DNA from: Octopus vulgaris
Lineage: Eukaryota
DNA: 64,000 bases
Assembly: GCA_951406725.2 (NCBI GenBank)
Contig: OX597842.1
Location: 24,800,001-24,864,000 of the forward strand
Direction: 5' to 3'
Made by a program: the position numbers and the translations under genes. This document shows, piece by piece, positions 13,500-29,309 of this stretch (the first letter of the stretch is position 1; each line of letters starts with the position of its first letter). The notes beneath the pieces are model-generated. The model did no database searches. It worked only from the letters and a program-made list of their open reading frames with translations, and was not told the origin of the DNA.

Positions 13500-14325
13500 T
13501 AGGCGCAGGAGTGGCTGTGTGGTAATTAGCTTGCTTACCAACCACATGGTTCCGGGTTCAGTCCCACTGTGTTTTGCACCTTGGGCAAATGTCTTCTATT
13601 ATAGCCTCAGGCCGACCAAAGCCTTGTGAGTGGATTTGTTAGACGGAAAACTGAAAGAAGCCCGTCGTATATATGTGTGTGTATTTATGTTTGTGTGTTT
13701 GTGTGTCTGCGATTCCACCACCCACTGCCGCCCAACATCGCTTGACAACCGATGCTGGTGTGTTCACGTTCCCGTTACTTAGCGGTTCGGCAAAAGAGAC
13801 CTATAGAATAAGTACTGGGCTTACAAAGAATAAGTCCCGGGGTCGATTTGCTCGACTAAAGGCGGTGCTCCAGCATGGCCACAGTCATTGGTGTGTTCAC
13901 GACCCCGTTACTTAGCAGTTCTGCAAAAGAGACCGATAGAATAAGTACTGGGCTTACAAAGAATAAGTCCTGGGGTCGATTTGCTCGACTAAAGGCGGTG
14001 CTCCAGCACGGCCACAGTCATTGGTGTGTTCACGTCCCCGTTACTTAGCAGTTCGGCAAAAGACACCGATAGAATAAGTACTGGGCTTACAAAGAATAAG
14101 TCCTGGGGTCGATTTGCTCGACTAAAGGCGGTGCTCCAGCACGGCCACAGTCATTGGTGTGTTCACGTCCCCGTTACTTAGCAGTTCGGCAAAAGAGACC
14201 GATAGAATAAGTACTGGGCTTACAAAGAATAAGTCCTGGGGTCGATTTGCTCGACTAAAGGCGGTGCTCCAGCATGGCCACAGTCACATGACTGAAGCAA
14301 GTAAACGAGTAAAGAGTTAAAGAGA
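13500..14325 (+). mobile_element. SINE A with four tandem 133-bp copies of its 3' part
   Basis: Units start at 13756, 13889, 14022 and 14155. Confidence 0.9.
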
Positions 14326-14386
14326 TAAACTTCTTATTTCCTTCAAAAGAATTTTAATGTTTCCCTTCCTTCTTGTACGACTTAAG

Positions 14387-14497
14387 ACCACATTAAGTTG
14401 ACCGTGACTAAATACGGAAGCTGGCAAGTAAATACCAACTTTTTCGAAGATCTGTCCTTGCGATTTGTTTATGGTATGGCAAAAGCTGGTATCACAT
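14387..14497 (+). CDS. Candidate coding exon 3 (HIKLTVTKYGSWQVNTNFFEDLSLRFVYGMAKAGIT)
   Basis: Polypyrimidine tract TTTCCCTTCCTTCTTG..TTAAG, 111-nt open symmetric phase-1 exon, consensus donor GTAAGT at 14498; unique island between repeats. Confidence 0.5.
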
Positions 14498-14506
14498 GTA
14501 AGTACC

Positions 14507-14915
14507 TATTTCTTTATTGCCCACAGGGGGCTAAACATAGAGGGGACAAACAAGGACAGACAAAGGGATTAAGTCAATTACATCGACCCAGTGCGTAACT
14601 GGTACTTATTTAATCGACCCCGAAAGGATGAAAGGCAAAGTCGACCTCGGCGGAATTGAACTCAGAACGAAACGTTAGATGAAATACCTATTTCTTTACT
14701 ACCCACAAGGGGCTAAACACAGAGGGGACAAACAAGGACAGACAAACGGATTAAGTCGATTAGATCGACCCCCAGTGCGTAACTGGTACTTATTTAATCG
14801 ACCTCGAAAGGATGAAAGGCAAAGTCGACCTCGGCGGAATTTGAACTCAGAACGTAGCTGCAGACGAAATACGGCTACACATTTCGCCCGGCGTGCTAAC
14901 GGTTCTGCCAGCTCG
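14507..14915 (-). mobile_element. SINE B dimer with TSD ATGTAAGTACC
   Basis: TSD at 14496-14506 and 14916-14926; junction at about 14685. Confidence 0.85.
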
Positions 14916-14984
14916 ATGTAAGTACCCCCTGCTCATGTTGAAGGGTAGATCTGTATATATTTGTATGTTTGCGTAGGTGTGTAC

Positions 14985-15394
14985 TCTCTCTTTTTGCTCT
15001 TTTACTTGTTTCAGTCATTTGACTGCGGTCATGCTGGAGCACCGCCTTTTTTAATCGAGCAACTCGACCCCGGGACTTATTCTTTTGTAAGCCCAGTACT
15101 TACTCTATCGGTCTCTTTTGCCGAACCGCTAAGTTACGGGGACATAAACACACCAGCATCGGTTGTCAAGCAATGCTAGGGGGACAAACACAGACACACA
15201 AACACACACACGCATATATATATATACATATATACGACGGGCTTCTTTTCAGTTTCCGTCTACCAAATCCACTCACAAGGCTTTGGTCGGCCCGAGGCTA
15301 TAGTAGAAGACACTTGCCCAAGGTGCCACGCAGTGGGACTGAACCCGGAACCATGTGGTTGGTAAACAAGCTACTTACCACACAGCCACTCCTG
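14985..15394 (-). mobile_element. SINE A, full length
   Basis: Reverse complement of the 13500 copy. Confidence 0.9.
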
Positions 15395-15560
15395 TGTGTG
15401 ATTGTAATAATTATTTTTAACAAAATACATAGACTATGGGTGGTAAATAAATTAATAGGCTTGTCAATGTTATCCAGTGGTTGTCTTTTGAGATGTGACA
15501 TCAATCATCGTTTGTTACTGAAAGAACGCTGGTTCACACATACAAACATTCAAATACTTA

Positions 15561-16946
15561 GGATCTTCACCTTTTGACCGACAGATTTAAAAAATAATTT
15601 TTTGTAACTAAACACTTTCAAACTTCAGACACTGATAGAATGTGTCATATAAAACATCTTTTACTCTTAGCATTTTTGTGAAAAGCTAATATTTAAGAAG
15701 GTATTTCACGTTAAAGTTGTTGTATTTCGATAATTTCAACCAATCAATGACATCTGAAATTACAAATAAATAGGAAATATTCAAAAAGATACGAAAATAT
15801 TTAGAAATTTGATATTAATGGACTTGGGCATAAAAAATGTATCATTGCCAAATTTATCGATCTAAATATTTTTGAGGAGTCGAACGTACAGTTTCCTGTA
15901 AGTCACGCTGTTTCATGGCCCCAATAGACAAAATGGGGATCTTCACCTTTTGACCGACAGATTTTAAAAAATAATTTTTTGTAGCTGAACACTTTCAAAC
16001 TTCGGACACTGGTAGAATGTGTCATATAAAACATCTTTTACTCTAAGCATTTTTGAGAAAAGCTTATATTTATGAAGTAATTTCACGTTAAAGTTGTTGT
16101 ATTTCGGTAATTTCAACCAATCAATGACATGTATTCAGCTGAATAAAATTACTGCTGTTATTTGTGAAGGCGCATGGCTCAGTGGTTAGAGCGTCGAGCT
16201 TACGATCGTGAGGTTGTGAGCTCGAATCCCGGACCGGGCTGCGTGTTGTGTTCTTGAGCAAGACACTTTATTTCACGTTGCTCCAGTTCACTCAGCTGTA
16301 GAAATGAGTTGCGACGTGACGAGTGCCAAGCTGTATCGGCCTTTGCCTTTCCCTTGGATAACACTGGTGGCATGGAGAGGGGAGGCCGGTATGCATGGGC
16401 GACTGCTGGTCTTCCATAAACAACCATGCCCGGACTTGTGCCTCGGAGGGTAACTTTCTAGGTGCAATCCCATGGTCAGTGTCGTGACCGAAGGGGGTCC
16501 CGGATCCGGATTTGTCAACAAGAACTTCCGGCGGTGTATTTTTCATTTGTCACTGTTATTTATGACAACCTTAACCCTAAAATCCTAACCCTAAAATCTT
16601 AACTCTAACTCTAAAATCCTAAAATTGATCCTAAAACCTTAAAAGCAGTACAAACGTACGAACAATGTGATAAATAACAGTGACAAATGAAAAATACACC
16701 GCAGATAGTTGTTGTTGACAAACAACGGCAGTAATCTTATTCAGCTGAATACACGTCATTGATTGGTTGAAATTACCGAAATAGGCCTACTTTAACGTGA
16801 AATTACTTCGTAAATATAAGTTTTTCTCAAAAACGCTGAGAGTAAAAGATGTTTTAAACGACACATTCTACCAGTGTCCGAAGTTTGAAAGTGTTTAGTT
16901 ATAAAAAAGTTATTTTTTAAATCTGTCGGTCAAAAGGCAAAGATCC
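15561..16946. mobile_element. GGATC-TIR MITE, second subfamily (GGATCTTCACCTTTTGACCGACAG), with duplicated left end and nested SINE D
   Basis: Left ends at 15561 and 15937; right end CTGTCGGTCAAAAGGCAAAGATCC at 16946; central TAACCC-like repeats. Confidence 0.8.
16167..16500 (+). mobile_element. tRNA(Arg)-like-headed SINE family D
   Basis: GGCGCATGGCTCAGTGGTTAGAGCG..TTACGAT..CTCGAATCCC head, then TGTGTTCTTGAGCAAGACACTT; second copy at 40436. Confidence 0.85.
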
Positions 16947-17091
16947 CATACTTTCCTTGTACAGAGTTGAAACGCTGTTTGATTTTTTTTCACCGTAGAA
17001 TTTCCACCCGCCATTACCAGTTTGCCATCACCCTTTCCTTCCTTATTCATCTATCACCTCTTCCTTTCTCTTTCATATGTTGACGGAGAAA

Positions 17092-17402
17092 ACATACACA
17101 CATACACATGCATATATACATACACATACACATATACACACACACTTACACATACATGCATACACACACACACACACACACACACATACACACACACACA
17201 TACACATACATGCATACATACACACATACACACAGACATATACACACACACTTACACATACATGCATACATACACACACACACACACACACATACGCACA
17301 CATGCATACATTCACACGGACACATACACACTCATACATACATACACACACACTTACACGCACATACACAGGCATAATACACACACACACATACACACAT
17401 GC

Positions 17403-17437
<35 letters not shown>

Positions 17438-17900
17438 CATACATACACAGACACATACATACACACTTACACACACACACACTTACACACACATGCATAC
17501 ATACACACACAAACACACTTACACACACATACACGCATACACATACACACACTTACACACACATACGCATACATGCATACACACACACACACACACACAC
17601 ACTTACACACACATACACACACAAACACACTTACACACATACACACACATACACGCATATACACACACTTACACACTCATACACGCATACTTACACACAC
17701 ATACACAGACATACACACATAAACATACAGACACACATAAACACACTTACACACACATACACACACATACACACACACATACACATACATGCATACATAC
17801 ACACATACAGATACACACACGCACATACACATGCACACACGTCACTCATACATGCCTACAGAGACTCACATGCGCATATGTACGTCACCACATGTATACA
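17092..17900. repeat. Degenerate (CA)n/(CATA)n tract
   Basis: Direct reading. Confidence 0.95.
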
Positions 17901-18209
17901 CGTGTCTCTATATAACTATATGTACATCTATATGCTTGTGTATGTGTACGTAATTCTGTGTACGTACGTTGGAGTGTACGTACGTTGGAGTGTACGTACG
18001 TTGGAATGTTTCTACGTCATAATCGCTTCTTTAAATTATTCGAATTCTTTCTATGAAGACAAACATATTCTCCAAGAAACAAACCTATTTCGCTGGAATT
18101 TACAAAAATAACAAAAGTGTATCTATATGTGTATATGTATGTGTGTGTGTGTGCGTGTATGTATAAACATGTATGTGTGTGTGTGTGTGTGTATTAGATA
18201 TATTTTATA

Positions 18210-18805
18210 TTACTCTTTTACTCTTTTACTCTTTTACTCTTTTACTTGTTTCAGTCATTTGACTGCGGCCGTGCTGGAGCACAGCATTTAGTCGAGCAAA
18301 TCGACCCCGGGACTTATTCTTTTGTAAGCCCAGTACTTATTCTATCGGTCTTTTTTGCCGAACCGCTAAGTTGCGGGGACGTAAACACACCAGCATCGGT
18401 TGTCAAGCAATGCTAGGGGGACAAACACAGACATATATATATATACTTTATTTCAAAGCAGCAGAAATTCAACAATACCTGTTACTCAGAGTTTCACATT
18501 CCCGTTCGTCGGACGGGAATGTGAAACTCTGAGTAATAGGTATTGTTGAATTTCTGCTGCTTTGAAATAAAGCATATTACTCTACCCCGGGTATTTGAGT
18601 ACTCTTTTTTCCACCCTGTTTCACATTTATGTGTTTACTCCGGTATATATATACTTTCAATTTCCATCAACAAAATCTACTCACACGGCTTTGGTTGGCC
18701 ATAGGTTATAATGAAAGGCTCATGTCCTAGTGCCACGCAGGAGGACTGAACCTGGAACCATGTGGTTGGGAAGCAAGCTTCTAACCACACTGCCAAGCCT
18801 GCGCG
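18210..18805 (-). mobile_element. SINE A interrupted by a Penelope-like hairpin element (18446-18645)
   Basis: SINE tail at 18210-18435, head at about 18655-18805. Confidence 0.75.
18446..18572. repeat. 60-bp near-perfect hairpin whose 7-nt loop is a hammerhead core
   Basis: Arms 18446-18505 and 18513-18572 (one mismatch); the minus strand reads CCGACGA-ACG(GGAA)TGT-GAA-ACTCTGAGT-A-ACAGG. Confidence 0.8.
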
Positions 18806-18925
18806 TATAGTGGACAGCGAGCTTCTACAGAGATCCGTGCCCTCCACCTCCCAAATTCCGGCTGAGCGCACTGTACTATTATGCTAAGAGACCCCTGACA
18901 TTTGGCCTTGTGTGTGTGTGTGTGC

Positions 18926-18988
<63 letters not shown>

Positions 18989-19008
18989 TTCTTTTCCTTT
19001 TATGCAAG

Positions 19009-19133
19009 TTGTCGAATTTAGCCCGAACAGCCCCTACACGTCGGAATCCATTCTACTTATGTTTTTAGTTTTATCTAAAAAAAAAGGCACAACACTACCT
19101 GAGTTTCTTAAGGCTTACACAGGAAAGGATTAG
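19009..19133 (+). CDS. Candidate terminal coding exon (VEFSPNSPYTSESILLMFLVLSKKKGTTLPEFLKAYTGKD*)
   Basis: Acceptor TTCTTTTCCTTTTATGCAAG, phase-1 start compatible with 14387-14497, TAG at 19131-33, unique downstream sequence with AATAAA at 19327-19332. Confidence 0.4.
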
Positions 19134-19479
19134 ATAATTTACGAAATTTCAGCCTGTGGATAATGTTTAAGCCGTCTGCTTTACAAGCTTTAAATGCTTT
19201 GATCCTGGTTGAGAATCCTCCAGATGTGATACCGTGGTAATCAGAAGCTGTGGGCGGTATTATTTGGACGTTGAGGAAGGTCTGCATTCTTATGCACTTG
19301 ATGAAGTCTAAAATTTCGTTCCATCGAATAAAAGTAGACTGTATGTACTGCCGGAGCTGAAGTGACTGTCTTTACTGACACCATGTAGAAAGAGATAGTA
19401 ATATTCGATGCGAAACCTATGGTAACATATTAACAAGATATACATGCATACACGCACACACACATACATAGATTAATAG

Positions 19480-22910
<3,431 letters not shown>

Positions 22911-23217
22911 TGTGTGCTTCACAGAAATGTACCGAAATCGTCTTCAATCATAAGAAATTGCTATTTCGTACATTGTTGTTCCCCACAGAGGGCAGTATCA
23001 AAGAAATCAATACCATTTTCAAATGTCGTCTGCGTTGTTCAATTGATAGACGCCGTCTGCTTGAAAATGGCTAATATCCAACGAGCGCCATTGCTCTCTT
23101 TCTTTGCACCAAACACAGAGACCTTCGCATCCCATGAGATCAACATGCATGTACATGCACACAGACACACCCGTGCACATGTGTGTGTGTGTGTGTCTGT
23201 GTGTGTATGTGTGTATG

Positions 23218-23266
<49 letters not shown>

Positions 23267-24050
23267 TTTCTACTGGAAGTACAAGGCCTCAAATTTGGGG
23301 GATGGAATTAAGTCGATTGCATCGACCCAGGGCGTAACTGGTACTTGTTTAATCGACCCCGAAAGGTTGAAAGGCAAAGTCGACCTCAATGGAATTTGAA
23401 CTCAGAACGTAGCGACGGGCGATATACCTCTAAGCATTTCGTTCAGCGTGGTAAATATACATATATATTGATAGACTTTTTTTCTATTCCAAAGAAAAAC
23501 GATTTTATTCACACAAATATGCAACCGAAGAGTTTAAAGTACCAGTAATGATAAGGCTGTTGACTGGGAGAACACAAACATGGTTTAAACGGTAAGCTTG
23601 GCAGGAAAGAAACGTGCCTTTAAGCAGTACAAAAACAACAAAAAATGGAAGGTTCAGTTATGTACTGATTGACGGAAGAAAAGCAGGACAAAAACGGTTT
23701 TATCGATCGCATTCTCACCTGGAATCGATTTTTGTAATTTTTTCAAGACTTATACACGCCCTGATACCGTTGGTATCTACATATCAAATTTAAGCGCAAT
23801 CGGATGGAGGATGGGTCCGGAACTCTCGTCGGAAAAAACTTTTCGCGATCGGCCCGGGGCTATAGCAGAAGACAGTTGCCCATGGTTCAACGCTGAACCT
23901 AGAACCATGTTTTTGGGGAGCAAGCTTCTTGCCACACAACCACGCCTGTGTTAGCACAAATTTTTGTATACAGGAATCATGACATCAGTACGTTGGACCA
24001 AGTGGAGCAACGATCCCAGAATCAAATACGATGCGTGATCTTGGAATATA

Positions 24051-24458
24051 TATTTCTTTACTACCCACAAGGGGCTAAACACAGAGGGGACAAACAAGGA
24101 CAGACAAAGGAATTAAGTCGATTACATCAACCCCAGTGCGAAACTGGTACTTAATTTATCGACCCCGCAAGGATGAAAGGCAAACTCGACCGCGGCGGAA
24201 TTTGAACTCAGAACGTAACGACAGACGAAATACATATTTCTTTACTACCCACAAGGGGCTAAACATAGAGGGGACAAACAAGGACAGACAAAGGGATTGA
24301 GTCGATTACATCGACCCCAGTGCGAAACTGGTACTTAATTTATCGACCCCGCAAGGATGAAAGGCAAAGTCGACCTCGGCGGAATTTGAACTCAGAACGT
24401 AACGGCAGACGAAATACGGCTACGCATTTCGCCCGGCGTCCTAACGTTTCTGCCAGCT
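24051..24458 (-). mobile_element. SINE B dimer
   Basis: Junction CAGACGAAATACATATTTC at about 24222-24240. Confidence 0.85.
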
Positions 24459-24498
24459 TCTTACCACACAACCACGCCTGTGTTAGCACAAATTTTTG

Positions 24499-25006
24499 TA
24501 TATAAAACTGTAGTTGTGTGAGTGTCTGTCCCCTTCGATTTAGATTCCTAACTACTCCCACATTTTGCGGTGCAGTTTAACCAAATTCGGGTATCTTATA
24601 GTCGTGATTCATATCGAGCCCGTCTGGGTATTAGCGCGCGTCTACGATGAATCTACGATTTTAAAAATAATTTAACATCATTTTTTTTATTCCATTTTAA
24701 TGCATATTTTTTCGTGTGTCGATGGCGGCGGAGTTGGCGTCCATGGTCAACCTGCACCTGTTTGCTTCTCCCCCTTCTTCCCTCCCTCGTGAAGCTGTGG
24801 GGAAGGGAGTGTAAGGAAATCAACGTCGTAAAGCATTGTCAAGGAGACCAGCGTTCTTTTAGAACAACGACTTCATGGCCTGAAGACACCAAAATTACCA
24901 TCATTTTTTATTCCATTTTTAATGCATTTTTTTGCTATAACTCACTAAAAATGCTTATATAGTTATTTCCCTTACAAACCCGAGCAACGCCGGGCGATAC
25001 TGCTAG
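24499..25006 (+). mobile_element. Non-autonomous Helitron
   Basis: 3' hairpin CCCGAGCAACGCCGGG followed by CTAG|T; 5' TATATAAAAC; the 3' 90 bp or so is shared with 34153-34528. Confidence 0.8.
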
Positions 25007-25588
25007 TTTTTATCGATAGGAATCACGACATCAGTACGTTGGACCAAGTGGAGCAACGATCCCAGAACCAAATACGATACGTGATCTTGGAATATAAATG
25101 AGCCACAATGACTCATTTCACACACATATCAACAAAATGGCAGCAGTATCCAGAAGAATGGCTTGTTGGGTTCTGAGAACCTTCCGGACAAGGGACCAAG
25201 AAACTATGATGACACTATGGAAGTCATTTATCCTCAGCCGCCTGGACTACTGCTCTCAGCTATGGTCGCCTTATACTACAAGGACGATAGCAAAGCTTGA
25301 AACAGTCCAACGACATTACACAAAGGAAGTTGCATCAATGAAACGATTGAGTTACTGGGACAGATTGAAAGAGCTGCGACTCTATTCCCTGTTTCAGTCA
25401 TTTGACTGTGGCCATGCTGGAGTACTGCATTTAGTCGAGAGCAAATCAACCCCGGGACTTATTCTTTGTAAGCATAGTACTTATTCTATCGGTCATTTTT
25501 GCCGAACCGCTAAGTTACGGGGATGTAAACAAACCAACGTTGGTTGTCAAGAGATGTTGGGGGGACGACACACACGACACACAAACAT

Positions 25589-25641
<53 letters not shown>

Positions 25642-25845
25642 TACGACGGGCTTCTTTCCAAATCCACTCACAAGGCTTTGGTCGGCCCGAGGCTATAGTA
25701 GAAGACACTTGCCCAAGGTGCCACGCAGTGGGACTGAACCCGGAACCATGTAGTTCGTAAGCAAGCTACTTACCACACAGCCACTCCTACGCCTATATGG
25801 AAGATACTGGAAGGACTGGTACCAAACTTTGGAATAAAGAGCTAT

Positions 25846-26262
25846 ACCTATTTCTTTATTACCCACCAGGGGCTAAACACAGAGGGGACAAACAAGGACA
25901 GACATAGGTATTAAGTCGATTACATCGACCCCAGTGCGTAACTGGTACTTAACTTATCGACCCCGAAAGGATGAAAGGCAAAGTCGACCTCGGCGGAATT
26001 TGAACCAAGAATGTAACGGCAGACGAAATACCTATTTCTTTATTACCCACAAGGGGCTAAACACAGAGGGGACAAACAAGGACAGACATAGGTATAAAGT
26101 CGATTACATCGACCCCAGTGCGTAACTGGTACTTAATTTATTGACCCCGAAAGGATGAAAGGCAAAGTCGACCTCGGCGGAATTTGAACTCACAACGTAA
26201 CGCAGACGAAATACCGCTAAGCATTTCGCCCGGCGTGCTAACGTTTCTGCCAGCTCGCCGCC
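25846..26262 (-). mobile_element. SINE B dimer
   Basis: Junction at about 26020-26040. Confidence 0.9.
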
Positions 26263-26419
26263 TATACCAGACCACGAGCAGGACGTCACTGTGCTGTCCC
26301 CATTGTGCCGACTGCTTCATCTCGGGCAAGGACGATGTACTGCAATAGCTTGGGTTTCAAGGGCCCACAGATGTTTAACTGTCTGCCGAATTATCTGAGG
26401 AGCCTCCATTGAGTGGATA

Positions 26420-26821
26420 GAAATGTTAGCACGCCGGGCGAAATGCTTAGCGGTATTTCGTCTGCGTTATGTTGTGAGTTCAAATTCCGCCGAGGTCGAC
26501 TTTGCCTTTCATCCTTTCGGGGTCGATAAATTAAGTACCAGTTACGCACTGGAGTCGATGTAATCGACTTAATACCGTTTGTCTGTCCTTGTTTGTCCCC
26601 TCTGTGTTTAGCCCCTTGTGGGTAGTAAAGAAATAGGTATTTCGTCTGCTGCTACATTCTGAGTTCAAATTCCGCCGAGGTCGACTTTGCCTTTCATCCT
26701 TTCGGGGTCGATAAATTAAGTACCAGTTACGCACTGGGGTCGATGTAATCGACTTAATACCTATGTCTGTCCTTGTTTGTCCGCTCTGTGTTTAGCCCCT
26801 TGTGGGTAATAAAGAAATAGG
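26420..26821 (+). mobile_element. SINE B dimer, inverted relative to the previous copy
   Basis: Junction GAAATAGGTATTTCGTCTG at about 26630-26648. Confidence 0.9.
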
Positions 26822-26954
26822 ATGTAGACGTTTTCAAACATGAACTTGACCCCTGGCTCGCCGAGATCCCGGATGAGCCAATATCTAAACAAGAATGCTC
26901 ACAGCAGCCATATTCCTACCGCTCTGTGTCACACTGGTGAGACCCATATTGGAG

Positions 26955-27845
26955 TACTGGGTTCAGTCCCTATGCGTGGCACCTTGGGCAGCCGTCGCCT
27001 ACAATACTCACAGGCCGACCAAAGCCCTCTGAGGGTATTCGGTGGACGGAAACTGAAAGAATCCCGTTGTATATATAGAAAGATGTATGCGTGTGTGTGT
27101 GAGTGCGCGCACGTGTATATATGTGTGTATGTGTGTCTGTGTGTTGTGTCTCTATTTGTCCCACAGTACCGCTTGGCACCCGGTGTTGGTACGTTTACGT
27201 CTCCATAACCTAGCGGTTCGACATAATGAAGCGACAGAATTCGGTGAACGGAAACTGAAAGAATCCCGTTGTATATATATAGAAAGATGTATGCGTGTGT
27301 ACGTGCGCGCGCGTACGTGTTTATGTGTAGAAGTGTGTTTGCGTGCTTGTGTCTCTATTTGTCCCACAGTACCGCCTTGGCAGCCGGTGTTGGTACGTTT
27401 ACGTCTCCATAACCTAGCGGTTCGACATAATGAAGCGACAGAATGAGTACAAGGCTTAAAAAAAGTTCTGGGGTCTATTCGTTTAACAAAAACTCCTGAA
27501 GTCGGTACTCCAGCATGGCCTACAATACTCACAGGCCGACCAAAGCCCTCTGAGGGTATTCGGTGGACGGAAACTGGAAGAATCCCGTTGTATATATAAA
27601 AACACGTGTTTATGTGTGAAAGTGTGTTTGTGTGCTTGTGTCTCTATTTGTCCCACAGTACCGCTTGGCACCCGGTGTTGGTACGTTTACGTCTCCATAA
27701 CCTAGCGGTTCGACATAATGAAGCGACAGAATGAGTACAAGGCTTGAAAAAGTTTCTGGGGTCCATTAGTTTAACAAAAACTCCTGAAGTCGGTACTCCA
27801 GCATGGCCGCAGTCCGAAGACCGAAACTAGTAAAAGATAAAAGAT
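26955..27845 (+). mobile_element. Locally triplicated, diverged SINE A
   Basis: Shared private variants (CCATAACCTAGCGGTTCGACATAATGAAGCGACAGAAT) occur three times. Confidence 0.8.
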
Positions 27846-27884
27846 TTTTCCTTTTGGCTATTTTTCTTGTCGTAGATGTATTTA

Positions 27885-28088
27885 ATGATGATGATTGGTC
27901 GTTTCACAAAAGCCATCTGTCTTTCCCAGTTCACAACACACTTCCTGTATAAGTGATGACGTCATCACCGTTCAGCTTCACTTCTCATTGGTTGATATAA
28001 TTATCTACCAATCGCCTTATTCACTTTTGGGTTTGGTCTTACTCTAATTCCTCACTACTCCTTCGTATGCCCTTCCTCTTAATCCCCA
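27885..28088 (-). repeat. About 200-bp module duplicated in inverted orientation at 35003-35207
   Basis: Near-identical reverse complement; contains the palindrome GTGATGACGTCATCAC, CCAAT boxes and ACAGGAAGT. Confidence 0.85.
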
Positions 28089-28095
28089 CCTCTGC

Positions 28096-28231
<136 letters not shown>

Positions 28232-28296
28232 ATGTCTGTCTGTCTGTCTGTCTATCTGTCTGTCTCCCATCTGTCTGTATATCTATAATCTATCTC

Positions 28297-28373
<77 letters not shown>

Positions 28374-28411
28374 TTATCTATCTATCTATCCATCTATCTA
28401 TCTATCTACCT

Positions 28412-28545
28412 GGCCAATCGCTCATCAACTTTTTCAAGTACCACTTGAAAAGGAAGGTGAGAATGGAGAGGGAAGTTTTGTCTCGCGAAAGATTAAAAAA
28501 AAGATGGGTGAATGTTGCAAAGATGGTGCGTGCGAGTGACGAAGT
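28412..28545 (+). mobile_element. Possible L1/Tx1-type LINE ORF2 C-terminal fragment
   Basis: Open frame [35 protein letters not shown]; family assignment from memory only. Confidence 0.4.
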
Positions 28546-28597
28546 GCATAAACAAAAAGCTGGTGTATTAGTTTGACCCTCGGAAAAGTGAGGAAGT

Positions 28598-28633
28598 CTT
28601 TTACGTTTCGAGCCTACGCTCTTCAACAGAAAG
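28598..28633 (-). ncRNA. Minimal hammerhead-like motif (same family as 9933)
   Basis: Minus: CTTT-CTGTTGA-A-GAGC(GTAG)GCTC-GAA-ACGT-A-AAAG. Confidence 0.55.
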
Positions 28634-28737
28634 GAATACGAGAAAATAAACAGAAAGAGAATAAAAAGGGAATAAAAAAAAATTGTGGATTTAGCGATCG
28701 ATCATGACGACTATGTGTATATATATGTATATATACT

Positions 28738-29135
28738 ATTTACTCTTTTACTTGTTTCAGTCATGTGACTGTGGCCATGCTGGTGCACCGCCTTTTTAGT
28801 CAGGCAAATCGACCCCATGACTTATTCTTTGTAAGCATAGTATTTATTCTATTGGTCTCTTTGCCGAACCGCTAATGTTACGGGGATGTAAACACACCAG
28901 CATCGGTTGTCAAGCGATGTTGGCGGGGGGGGGGGCAAAAACAGACACACACACACATATACATATACATATATACGACGGGCTTCTTTCAGTTTCCGTC
29001 TACCAAATCCACTCACAAGGCTTTGGTCGGTCGGCCCGAGGCTATAGTAGAAGACACTTGCCCAAGGTGCCACGCAGTGGGACTGAACCCGGAACCATGT
29101 GGTTGGTAAGCAATCTACTTACCACACAGCCACTC
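28738..29135 (-). mobile_element. SINE A
   Basis: Match to the family. Confidence 0.9.
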
Positions 29136-29179
29136 ATTGTTTTATTATTATTATTCAAGCTGTAAGAGCATCACAAAAA

Positions 29180-29221
29180 GACTGCTACACAAAGTTTCAT
29201 GTTCCCGTTCGTCAGGCGGTC
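29180..29221 (-). ncRNA. Minimal hammerhead motif with intact core (same family as the 18446 hairpin)
   Basis: Minus: GACCGC-CTGACGA-ACG(GGAA)CAT-GAA-ACTTTGTGT-A-GCAGTC. Stem I pairs at 5 of 6 positions, GUA triplet; stem II is weakened by one mismatch. Confidence 0.65.
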
Positions 29222-29309
29222 GTGTTGCAGCTTTAATAATAATAAAAATCAAATTACTGTATGTCCGGTATTCGAGTTCTATTTTTTCCACTTTTTTTTC
29301 GCATTCATG

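Larger units (their letters stand above)
25018..26910 (+). mobile_element. CR1/L2-group LINE ORF2 C-terminal fragment split by three SINE insertions
   Basis: RDLGI*MSHNDSFHTHINK..LSRLDYCSQLWSPY..LETVQRHYTK..SYWDRLKELRLYSL, continued by IWKILEGLVPNFGI (about 25795), NSLGFKGPQMFNCLP (about 26345) and VDVFKHELDPWLAEIPDEP (about 26824). Confidence 0.85.

Noticed and set aside
16167-16245. tRNA genes (also 9800-9872, 35520-35592, 40436-40510)
   Set aside because: These are tRNA-derived SINE heads continuous with SINE bodies; no complete cloverleaf or terminator.
22981-22996. CTCF-like CCCACAGAGGGCAG
   Set aside because: Two mismatches to the consensus, a single site, and no supporting evidence.
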